Positions 16,960-23,583 of a stretch of 33,342 nucleotides of DNA are shown here, in pieces (positions within the stretch are counted from its first letter, which is position 1; the number at the start of each line of letters is the position of its first letter). The position numbers were made by a program, and so were the translations under genes. The DNA lies in the IMG/VR virus record IMGVR_UViG_3300045988_089330; one strand, given 5' to 3'. Below the pieces are notes generated by a model that saw only the letters and a list, made by a program, of their open reading frames with translations, ran no database searches and was not told the origin of the DNA. Source of the DNA: a virus.

Positions 16960-17238
16960 CTAAATACAGATTTTGTAATACAGCTTCATTTCCAGATCTG
17001 AAAACTTGAAATCCGGCGTCTGGTCCGGCTCCAATGGTGGCATAAGGCCGCGCTTTTTCCATTCTCTGTGTCTGATCTCTGGTTCTGACCGAAACAATTT
17101 CATTTCAGCGTCCAGACACTCCGGCGGAATCTCTTTTCCGTCTGCGCGGTACCCGACAAATAATATTTCTTTGTCTTTTACGATCTTTATTCGATCCGGC
17201 CCGGTCAGCGTCTTCAAAAATTCTCTTACCGTAATCAT
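16960..17238 (-). CDS. Hypothetical protein
   Basis: 92-aa ORF in the co-directional gene string. Confidence 0.5.
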   Translation of the reverse strand: MITVREFLKTLTGPDRIKIVKDKEILFVGYRADGKEIPPECLDAEMKLFRSEPEIRHREWKKRGLMPPLEPDQTPDFKFSDLEMKLYYKICI

Positions 17239-17247
17239 GGCGCCGTC

Positions 17248-17484
17248 CTAATAAATCCAGATCTTGAAAATCGGTTCAAACGGTTTTTTCCCCTGTTCGT
17301 ATCGCCTTTTTGTTCCTGTCTGAATATGCTTTACCTCGCGCGTCAGCAATTCTTCATGGTCCCGGATCTTCGCTGCCTTTCCGGTGAATACCGGTTCCGT
17401 GTCGTCTTCTTCGATAATCTCCAACGCCTGCGCCGGTCCGACTAATGTTAAAAACTGCTGCAACGGCAAATTCATTTTTTCCAT
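17248..17484 (-). CDS. Hypothetical protein
   Basis: 78-aa ORF with RBS GAAGGGAGATC. Confidence 0.5.
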   Translation of the reverse strand: MEKMNLPLQQFLTLVGPAQALEIIEEDDTEPVFTGKAAKIRDHEELLTREVKHIQTGTKRRYEQGKKPFEPIFKIWIY

Positions 17485-17501
17485 GTTCTGATCTCCCTTC
17501 T

Positions 17502-17915
17502 TTATATTCTGGATGTCATGATCGCTAATTCTGTGATCTCTCGGAAATGTTTTTCAATCTCTGTCCGGTCCCCGGTATCATCCACCGCTTTTTCAATCAT
17601 CACGGACATAGCGAAACTTAACATTTTACTAAGTGCGCCAAATTCTCCCGTTATCTGAATGATCGGCGGCTTGTCCGTGTCCAAGCTGATAATATGGATC
17701 CCGGCCTTTTCTTTCAGTTTGAACGTTTTTCCTTCCCGGATCCTCTGTGAAAATTCTTCCGGGTTTCCGGCCGTCTTCAATAATTCGTCAATGAATACCG
17801 CTTCCGGTTCTTTTCCGTCCTTTCCGTTCATGCTCTGCCCTTCCCCCCCCCGCGGGCCTGCTGCCTGCTGTGACAACGCTTCAAGTAATGCCATTACAAA
17901 GTCTTCTTTTCTCAT
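17502..17915 (-). CDS. Hypothetical protein (contains an in-frame G9 tract)
   Basis: 137-aa ORF with RBS AAAAGGAGATC. The G9 tract at 17843..17851 encodes part of PRGGEG. Confidence 0.55.
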   Translation of the reverse strand: MRKEDFVMALLEALSQQAAGPRGGEGQSMNGKDGKEPEAVFIDELLKTAGNPEEFSQRIREGKTFKLKEKAGIHIISLDTDKPPIIQITGEFGALSKMLSFAMSVMIEKAVDDTGDRTEIEKHFREITELAIMTSRI

Positions 17916-17930
17916 GGTCGATCTCCTTTT

Positions 17931-18728
17931 TTAAAATAATGTCAACTGTGTTTCCGGCGCTTGCCGGTTATACCATATAAATTCATGGCGTCTGTGCGCG
18001 TTCTGCGCGTAATTGATCCGTTCTTCCCGCTGCCAATCCTTCAACATATCGTTGTATAAATCCGAAGCATAGCCGGAAATAACCACCGGGCCTTTGTGCT
18101 TCAAAAGTGTTTCCAATAACTCGGCGTGATCCGTGTCGCTCATTTCGTGCCGGTACTGCTTCCCGCGGCGTGTAGAAAGAACATAAGGCGGATCGCAATA
18201 AATCAGCACATTTTCATAATTGAACCGTTTTATTACTTCCACGGCCGGCCGGTTCTCTATCTGTACGCCGCGCAACCGTTCCGCGGCTTCCATGATCTTT
18301 TCCGGTATCTTGCACCACTCCGCGGCGCTGTATGCTTTTTCGCGCCCCTGAATGTCTGCTTTCCACCCGACCTTCTCGCCCGTAGTTCTGAACCCGTGGC
18401 CCATATTCAGACGCACATAGAACAAAACCGCCTTTTCCAAGCTGTCTTCCGGCTCTTTCTGGTAGGCTGCTTCGTATACTTCCCGCGAATACGGTGTGAA
18501 ATAGATTTCATGCGCCAACTTTTCAGGATCGTTCTTTATCCACCGGAAAAGGTTCACCACGTCACCGTCAAGATCGTTTATGGTTTCAATATCCGATCGC
18601 GGTTTGTTGAAGAACACGCCGCCGGAACCGAAGAACGGTTCAACATAGCTATGATGTTTCGGGAAATGTGAAATGATCCATTCAGCCGTTCCCCACTTTG
18701 AACCGGGATATTTCATGATCGCTTTCAT
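17931..18728 (-). CDS. dam: DNA adenine methyltransferase, D12 class (Dam-like)
   Basis: MKYPGSKW....EPFFGSGGVFFN....YCDPPY motifs. The start is set at the ATG at 18728 (ATGA overlap with the upstream stop) rather than the Arg/Gly-rich extension starting at 18860. Confidence 0.88.
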   Translation of the reverse strand: MKAIMKYPGSKWGTAEWIISHFPKHHSYVEPFFGSGGVFFNKPRSDIETINDLDGDVVNLFRWIKNDPEKLAHEIYFTPYSREVYEAAYQKEPEDSLEKAVLFYVRLNMGHGFRTTGEKVGWKADIQGREKAYSAAEWCKIPEKIMEAAERLRGVQIENRPAVEVIKRFNYENVLIYCDPPYVLSTRRGKQYRHEMSDTDHAELLETLLKHKGPVVISGYASDLYNDMLKDWQREERINYAQNAHRRHEFIWYNRQAPETQLTLF

Positions 18729-19198
18729 GCTTCCTTTTCTTCCGTCAAAAGAATGTGTGGCTTGCCTGCGCCTGCTGCCGGTTCTTCCTCTGCTGCCTGC
18801 CGTTCTTCCTCTGCGTCCTTTTCCTCCAGACGCTCCGCGTTCTTTAAAATGATTTCGCAAATCCGGGCTTTCATCAGTTCATCCACGATCCCGACAATGC
18901 GGCTTGCAATCTCCGAAACGCTTTCTTCGTTGTCCCACTCTTTCAGAAGGCGCCGTATTGCTTCCGTAATTACCGTGTATTCGTCCGTTTCGATCTCGAT
19001 CGCGGCTTCCAGTGCTTCTACTTCCTGCGGTTCCTCTTTCTGCCCCGTCACCATTTCCCGTATGTACTCATACGGCACGTTGCAATTAACGCCATTCATC
19101 AGGTTTTCTTTCTGCGCCGCCTGCTTTACAATGTTGAAGAAGTCCGAAAAAGTGACTTCCACCCGATCTTCTCTTGAAAATACGTCTGCCAAACCCAT
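18725..19198 (-). CDS. Hypothetical acidic protein
   Basis: The ATG at 19198 (MGLADVF) is preceded by AAAGGAGATCTGAGAAT. The longer ORF-track version runs into the repeat-rich non-coding region. Confidence 0.55.
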   Translation of the reverse strand: MGLADVFSREDRVEVTFSDFFNIVKQAAQKENLMNGVNCNVPYEYIREMVTGQKEEPQEVEALEAAIEIETDEYTVITEAIRRLLKEWDNEESVSEIASRIVGIVDELMKARICEIILKNAERLEEKDAEEERQAAEEEPAAGAGKPHILLTEEKEA

Positions 19199-19243
19199 AT
19201 TCTCAGATCTCCTTTCTTTGTCCTGCTGCCTACTGCCAAATAT

Positions 19244-19499
19244 GATCGGCCATTTTATAAGGGCTGTATTTTTCGGGCGTGTTTTTGTCAACCGGCTTTC
19301 ACGCGGTCCGGCGGGCGTCTTTTTGTCGGGAACGTCCAAACCTTATCTATTTTCACCTTAAAAATAAAAAACTTGTTGTCCAACATGGAGCCTTTTAAAG
19401 CGTTCGTGCTCTCCACCGCTGCCCCGCTTTCACCTTAAAAACCGGGCCGAAAACCTGTTGACCTACTCCGAAAATACAACCTTTATAAAATGGCCGATC
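19244..19499. repeat. Repeat-rich non-coding block: 17-bp perfect inverted repeats (extendable to ~50 bp imperfect) flanking two copies of TTTCACCTTAAAAA
   Basis: gatcggccattttataa at 19244..19260 versus its reverse complement at 19483..19499. tttcaccttaaaaa at 19351..19364 and 19428..19441. GTCAAC/GTTGAC motifs lie in both arms. Confidence 0.7.
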
Positions 19500-19511
19500 T
19501 GTCAGCCGGTG

Positions 19512-19709
19512 TTATCTTAAAATTTCACATTGAGCCTTTAACGCGCTGTACCCGTCTTCTGTCTGGCCGCGCTTTAATTCTCTGTAAATAGTTGCCACAT
19601 GAACGCCCGTCGCTTCTGCGATCCGCTGCGGCGGCTGCTTTTCTTTCGTCATGCTCTCTATGATCCGTCGCTTGTCAAACGTCAAACTTGTATACGGCTT
19701 TTTGCTCAT
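19512..19709 (-). CDS. Stand-alone IS30-type N-terminal HTH protein (regulator or transposase remnant)
   Basis: KEKQPPQRIAEATGVHVATIYRELKRG aligns with KEKHTPEEIANNIGCHISTIYRELKRG of the neighbouring transposase. Strong RBS GAAGGGAGAGTGAG. Confidence 0.7.
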   Translation of the reverse strand: MSKKPYTSLTFDKRRIIESMTKEKQPPQRIAEATGVHVATIYRELKRGQTEDGYSALKAQCEILR

Positions 19710-19736
19710 GTTCTCACTCTCCCTTCTCCGTATGTG

Positions 19737-19776
19737 GCAAAAAATAATGCGGAAGGGTTGATTTACCCCGCCGCAT
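19737..19776 (-). terminator. Intrinsic terminator (minus strand)
   Basis: atgcgg (19747..19752) pairs with ccgcat (19771..19776), followed by a U-run (plus-strand A-run 19737..19746). Confidence 0.5.
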
Positions 19777-19798
19777 CGTCAGAAATTCCTATATTTTT

Positions 19799-19845
19799 AC
19801 AAAAAAATAAATGCGGCAAGGGTTTTTCAACCTCTTTTCGCATTT
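19799..19845 (-). terminator. Intrinsic terminator, possibly bidirectional. It is a sequence-related direct repeat of 19737..19776.
   Basis: aaatgcg (19809..19815) pairs with cgcattt (19839..19845), with inner ggtt/aacc pairing. A-run on one side and T-rich sequence on the other. Confidence 0.5.
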
Positions 19846-19869
19846 ATTTTATTACTTCACGTTAAAAAA

Positions 19870-21036
19870 GTCAAGCGTTAAATGCAAAAAATTTTCGAGG
19901 TTTCCGGCTTCTCCCTTTTTCACAATTTCTATTCAATTTTTTGTGCATATTTCACAATCTGTCATTTATGCCAGTGCTGCCAGTTCTTCGTTGAAGCGTT
20001 CTTCCGCTGTGCCGTAGTCAAACATGGGGCGCGGGTAATTGTTGATCCAGATCTCTATACTTTCCACCGTTCCTTCTGGTAGTGTGTCGAAATCCGTTCC
20101 CTTCGGGACCTGCCGCCGGATCATTCTGTTTTGGTTCTCGTTGGATCCTCTTTCATAACTGCTGTACGGATGGCAATAATATAGTTTTAATCGGCTTCCC
20201 TTCCTACGCGCTGCCTTCTCCAATCCTTCAAAGTCTGCAAACTCCGATCCATTGTCAACGGTGATCGTCTGGAACACTTTATAAAACAGTTTCCCCCACT
20301 TCCTTTCAAGTCTGTTCAGGGCCTTCACCACTTCGGCGGCCGTATGTTTCTTTAACTCCATGATGATTTCTTTCCTTGTCTTCCGTTCTGTCAGTACAAG
20401 AAGTGATTTCTTTGTTTTCCCGCGAAGGCCTAGAACGGTGTCCATTTCCCAATGTCCAAAGGTTTCCCGCGTGTTTATTTCTTCCGGCCGCTTCTCTATG
20501 CTGTCGCCCTTCTGCGCCCGCGCACGACGCACTTTATTATATTTCTTCTTTTCGTCCTTTTTGACCGGCAAATCTTTATTTGTCAGATGAAGAAAGATCC
20601 CTTTGTCAATGTAGTTATAAAGCGTGGGTTTGCTTATCGTGACAGAAAAAGCGATCCCTTTTCTTTTAATCTCGCCCAACACGGCCCCCGGCGAATATTT
20701 TTCATTGATGATCTTGTCTTCAATATATTCTGCCAGTGCAAGGTCATTTCCGATTTTCAGCCCCGGCCCCTTCGCGGCCAAATTCTCCCGATATTTTTCA
20801 TCTGCTATATCCGGGCTATACCGTTCTTCTGTCGTCCAATCTGAATTACGGTGTTCATATCGGCCGCGCTTTAATTCCCGGTATATGGTAGAAATGTGAC
20901 AGCCGATATTATTCGCTATTTCTTCCGGCGTGTGTTTCTCCTTCAAAAGTGCTTCAATCTTTATTCTGTCGTCATGTGTCAGGTGGTGAAAATGTCTCAT
21001 GGTTTGGCTCCTTTCAAAAAAATAACGCCGTGAGCC
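19870..21036 (-). mobile_element. IS30-family element (boundaries tentative)
   Basis: Contains the transposase ORF. The only candidate ends I could find are weak imperfect inverted repeats: tcaagcgttaaat (19871..19883) versus the reverse complement of 21021..21033 (tcacggcgttatt). No clear target-site duplication. Confidence 0.35.
19966..21000 (-). CDS. IS30-family DDE transposase
   Basis: N-terminal HTH (TIYRELKRG) and a DDE core with HWEMDTV, ITVDNGSEFADF and CHPYSSYERGSNENQNRMIRR. Confidence 0.9.
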   Translation of the reverse strand: MRHFHHLTHDDRIKIEALLKEKHTPEEIANNIGCHISTIYRELKRGRYEHRNSDWTTEERYSPDIADEKYRENLAAKGPGLKIGNDLALAEYIEDKIINEKYSPGAVLGEIKRKGIAFSVTISKPTLYNYIDKGIFLHLTNKDLPVKKDEKKKYNKVRRARAQKGDSIEKRPEEINTRETFGHWEMDTVLGLRGKTKKSLLVLTERKTRKEIIMELKKHTAAEVVKALNRLERKWGKLFYKVFQTITVDNGSEFADFEGLEKAARRKGSRLKLYYCHPYSSYERGSNENQNRMIRRQVPKGTDFDTLPEGTVESIEIWINNYPRPMFDYGTAEERFNEELAALA

Positions 21037-21055
21037 ATTATAGCCCCGGCGTTAT
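21016..21055 (-). terminator. Intrinsic terminator of the XRE gene (the stop codon lies in the loop). Its U-run abuts the transposase RBS.
   Basis: ataacgccg (21022..21030) pairs with cggcgttat (21047..21055); A7 on the plus strand at 21016..21022. Confidence 0.5.
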
Positions 21056-21301
21056 CCTTCGTTTTCTTCCAATAACCATTCCAACATTCACGCGCAAAAC
21101 TCTAGCAAAAATTTTTAGTTCGTAATCTGTCACAAAGCGGGTTCCGATCTCAATCCTGCTTATGCTGTCCCTTTCCAGTGTCACACCTTCAATTTGTATC
21201 TTTGCCGCTAAATCAGATTGTGAAAGTCTCTGTTTCAGTCTGGCTTCCCGGATCTTGTCGCCGCAAAGATTTTTCTTTCCCCTATATGAATATATTTTCA
21301 T
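21038..21301 (-). CDS. XRE-family HTH transcriptional regulator
   Basis: GDKIREARLKQRLSQSDLAAKIQIEGVTLERDSISRIEIGTRFVTDYELKIFARVLRV is a classic HTH_3 domain. The ATG at 21301 (MKIY) follows GAAGGAG. Confidence 0.85.
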   Translation of the reverse strand: MKIYSYRGKKNLCGDKIREARLKQRLSQSDLAAKIQIEGVTLERDSISRIEIGTRFVTDYELKIFARVLRVNVGMVIGRKRRITPGL

Positions 21302-21317
21302 TGTCCGCGGCTCCTTC

Positions 21318-21378
21318 ATGTGTTAATGTTCAGAAACTTTCTTGACTTTAACACATGAAGCCCCTAGAATTGTGTTAA
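21318..21378 (+). promoter_or_regulatory. Promoter for the exonuclease gene (TTGACT-17 nt-TAGAAT) interleaved with three TGTGTTAA operator half-sites
   Basis: -35 at 21342..21347 and -10 at 21365..21370. Half-sites at 21320..21327 (+), 21348..21355 (reverse) and 21371..21378 (+). 10-bp perfect inverted repeat CATGTGTTAA (21318..21327) / TTAACACATG (21348..21357). Confidence 0.55.
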
Positions 21379-21444
21379 AGGTCAGCAACGAAAAACTTTT
21401 CGCCTGCTGCCCTCAAAAAATCTAACCGCAAGGGGGAACAAAAT

Positions 21445-22434
21445 ATGTTTATTTCTATTGGTATTGACGAAAACGGGCGCCCGTATGTCACCACTTCCGA
21501 CGGATCCGGCGAAAAAATCACGCGGGAAGGCAAAGGAAAAAGCGTTATAGACTTTCCGACTTCCTATACAGTGATCGACATTGAGACAACCGGCCTTGAT
21601 CCGCGGTATTGTGATATTATTGAGATCGCGGCCGTCAAATATTCTTCCGGTCAGAAGGTGGGCGCCTTCTCGACGCTTGTAAAACCGGATGAACCGATCG
21701 ACGAATACATAACCGCACTTACTGGCATAACAAACGATATGTTGAAAAATGCCCCGGATATATCCGAAGGCATACAAAAATTTTATGAGTTTGTCGGTGA
21801 TGATCTTTTAGTCGGCTATAATGTCAATTTTGATATTAACTTTTTGTTTGATAACCTTAAAAGGTGTCATTCGCTTACTTTGTCAAATTCCTTTGTTGAC
21901 GTTATGCGGATCGCCCGGAAGGTCCTTCCGGATCTGAAAAACCATAAGCAAGCCACCGTTGCGGATCATTACGGCGTTTCTGCTTCCGGCGCTCATAGGG
22001 CGGCCGCTGATTGTGAAATATGCCACGCCATTTTTGAGAAGCTGCAGGCGGATATTCTGGCGGCCGGTCAAAGTCTGGATGATTTCAAGGCAGCCACCGG
22101 AAGAAGCGCTCTTCATGCGAAGGATATTTCAACGGAAAAGACTTCGTTTAATACTTCCCACCCGCTTTTCGGTAAAGTGTGCGTATTCACCGGAACCCTT
22201 GAAAAAATGGCCCGCAAAGACGCCATGCAATTAGTCGTTGATTTGGGCGGCTCCGTCGGCGATAACGTCACAAAGAAAACCAACTATTTAATTTTAGGTA
22301 ATAATGATTTTTGCCAATCCATAAAGGACGGCAAAAGCAACAAGCAGAAGAAGGCCGAAGCCCTAATTCTAAAGGGCCATGATATAGAAATACTTTCCGA
22401 AAATGTATTCTATGATCTGGTACTTGAAGCGTAA
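21445..22434 (+). CDS. DEDDh 3'-5' exonuclease (DnaQ/epsilon-like) fused to a C-terminal BRCT domain. This is the only convincing plus-strand gene.
   Basis: VIDIETTGL (Exo I), GYNVNFD (Exo II), HRAAADC (Exo III). C-terminal FGKVCVFTGTL....A..LV..LGGSV...VTKKTNYLILG is BRCT-like, as in LigA. RBS AAGGGGGA. Confidence 0.8.
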   Translation: MFISIGIDENGRPYVTTSDGSGEKITREGKGKSVIDFPTSYTVIDIETTGLDPRYCDIIEIAAVKYSSGQKVGAFSTLVKPDEPIDEYITALTGITNDMLKNAPDISEGIQKFYEFVGDDLLVGYNVNFDINFLFDNLKRCHSLTLSNSFVDVMRIARKVLPDLKNHKQATVADHYGVSASGAHRAAADCEICHAIFEKLQADILAAGQSLDDFKAATGRSALHAKDISTEKTSFNTSHPLFGKVCVFTGTLEKMARKDAMQLVVDLGGSVGDNVTKKTNYLILGNNDFCQSIKDGKSNKQKKAEALILKGHDIEILSENVFYDLVLEA

Positions 22435-22455
22435 CATTTCAGCGGAAAGCGTATC

Positions 22456-22492
22456 AAAACCGGTTTTTTCGAAACGAAAAGGCCGGTTTTTG
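22456..22492. terminator. Bidirectional terminator between the convergent exonuclease and RHH genes
   Basis: The long hairpin accggttttttcg-aaa-cgaaaaggccggt is flanked by an A-run and a T-run. Confidence 0.55.
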
Positions 22493-22525
22493 TTATTGCA
22501 TGGCTCATTTTCGGAACGTTTTGCG

Positions 22526-22738
22526 CTATTCCTGCGCTTCTCCCGCCGCCTGCTCCCCGGCCTGACGCTCCATTTTTTCGTCAATCGCGGCGTTGATATA
22601 TTCCCCGATCTTCATCCCCAACACGGCGGCGGCGGCTTCTATCTTCTCTTTTTTCCCTTTCTGCATATTCAAATTAAGTCGGTCATATTTCTTTTTGTTA
22701 TAGTCATTTTGATACTGAAATTGATTAAATTCTTTCAT
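22526..22738 (-). CDS. Ribbon-helix-helix (Arc/CopG-like) DNA-binding protein
   Basis: YDRLNLNMQKGKKEKIEAAAAVLGMKIGEYINAAIDEKM shows the beta-strand plus two-helix RHH pattern. The ATG at 22738 (MKEF) follows AAAAGGAGA. The track's earlier ATG lies inside the -10 region. Confidence 0.65.
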   Translation of the reverse strand: MKEFNQFQYQNDYNKKKYDRLNLNMQKGKKEKIEAAAAVLGMKIGEYINAAIDEKMERQAGEQAAGEAQE

Positions 22739-22767
22739 TTTCCAGTTCTCCTTTTCTCTTTCTGTCA

Positions 22768-22796
22768 TAATAACACATATTGCGTAATATTGTAAA
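22768..22796 (-). promoter_or_regulatory. Promoter of the RHH gene (TTTACA-17 nt-TTATTA) with one degenerate operator, ATATTGCGTAATAT, in the spacer
   Basis: Operator at 22777..22790 (13/14 match to the palindrome). -35 at 22791..22796 and -10 at 22768..22773, read on the minus strand. Confidence 0.5.
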
Positions 22797-22807
22797 GAAG
22801 CGAACGG

Positions 22808-22833
22808 CCGGGACGGTTCCCCGCCCGTCCCGG
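22808..22833 (-). terminator. GC-rich 9-bp hairpin after ORF 22844..23149
   Basis: ccgggacgg (22808..22816) pairs with ccgtcccgg (22825..22833). Confidence 0.4.
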
Positions 22834-22843
22834 TGTCGTGTGG

Positions 22844-23149
22844 TTATGCTGCTATATCGTCCGCGTGAAACACCGGACACATAGAATATTGACCGTATGG
22901 GAAAATAACTTCCTTCCCGTCAATCATGTGGATTTTACAACGTGTAGTTTCGCCCCTTTTGTCTACGGTGACAAATTTCTCTGTCCGCTTTGTAATGGTG
23001 ATTTTAAAAATACAATCATGGTTACAAATGCTTCTTGTCTGGTAGGTCTTTCCGACCTCAAAACGAAGGTTTTTCGCTTCCTCTATTGCCTGCGCTTCCT
23101 GATGTGCTTTTGTGATTGCTTCTTTTACTAATTCTTCGTATGTTCTCAT
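22844..23149 (-). CDS. Hypothetical small protein (operator-controlled)
   Basis: 101-aa ORF. RBS AAAAGGAGATCTAACC. Driven by the promoter/operator module at 23199..23246. Confidence 0.6.
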   Translation of the reverse strand: MRTYEELVKEAITKAHQEAQAIEEAKNLRFEVGKTYQTRSICNHDCIFKITITKRTEKFVTVDKRGETTRCKIHMIDGKEVIFPYGQYSMCPVFHADDIAA

Positions 23150-23198
23150 GGTTAGATCTCCTTTTCTTTGAATAGTTGTTTTCCCTTTCTGTAATTAT

Positions 23199-23246
23199 AA
23201 TATAACACATATTGCGCAATATGTCAATAGAATATTGCGCAATATT
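23199..23246 (-). promoter_or_regulatory. Promoter (TTGACA-17 nt-TATATT) with two perfect palindromic operators, ATATTGCGCAATAT
   Basis: Operators at 23209..23222 (in the spacer) and 23233..23246 (upstream of -35). -35 at 23222..23227 and -10 at 23199..23204, on the minus strand. Confidence 0.65.
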
Positions 23247-23371
23247 TTAAAAATTTTTCAAAAAAGAAAAGCCGCCTGCATATTGCAAACCGCCCCGAAT
23301 ATGATGTATAATCTTTTTAACAGATCGGGCGGTTTTGGCAAGTCCGCCGCCCTTTCTGGTTCCCTTATCAG

Positions 23372-23524
23372 TTACGCTTCAATGTCTTTCTGCGTATCTT
23401 CTTTTAATTCCTGAACAAGTTCTTTCGCTTTTTCAATCTCGTTATCGTCCAGTGCTTTTTCCAACTTGTTAAGTGTTCTTAAAAGTTTTCTACAATATGC
23501 AACAAATTCTTTCACGTCTTCCAT
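23372..23524 (-). CDS. 50-aa helical small protein (below the ORF-track length cut-off)
   Basis: Hand translation: MEDVKEFVAYCRKLLRTLNKLEKALDDNEIEKAKELVQELKEDTQKDIEA*. RBS GGAGAAAGGAGAG. Lies downstream of promoter module 23584..23630. Confidence 0.5.
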   Translation of the reverse strand: MEDVKEFVAYCRKLLRTLNKLEKALDDNEIEKAKELVQELKEDTQKDIEA

Positions 23525-23583
23525 ATGCTCTCCTTTCTCCGCTTGCCCGGTATTCGTTAAAGGTCTTCCCCTTAACTGATTAT

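Noticed and set aside
18729-18860. Arg/Gly-rich 44-aa N-terminal extension of the Dam-like methylase
   Set aside because: The extension overlaps the 3' end of the upstream gene. The conserved methylase N-terminus (MKYPGSKW) begins just after the ATG at 18728, which overlaps the upstream stop as ATGA.
19737-19845. Two related direct repeats (CAAAAAATAATGCGGAAGGGTT... and CAAAAAAATAAATGCGGCAAGGGTT...) considered as IS30 terminal repeats or att-site duplications
   Set aside because: Each folds as a hairpin followed by a U-run on the minus strand, so tandem intrinsic terminators explain them. I could not find a matching inverted copy at the other side of the transposase gene.
21382-21777. 131-aa minus-strand ORF overlapping the start of the exonuclease gene
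   Set aside because: It is antisense to a gene with clear DEDDh motifs, its own promoter and an RBS. The translation has no recognisable features, and its upstream end lies deep inside the exonuclease gene with no RBS or promoter of its own.
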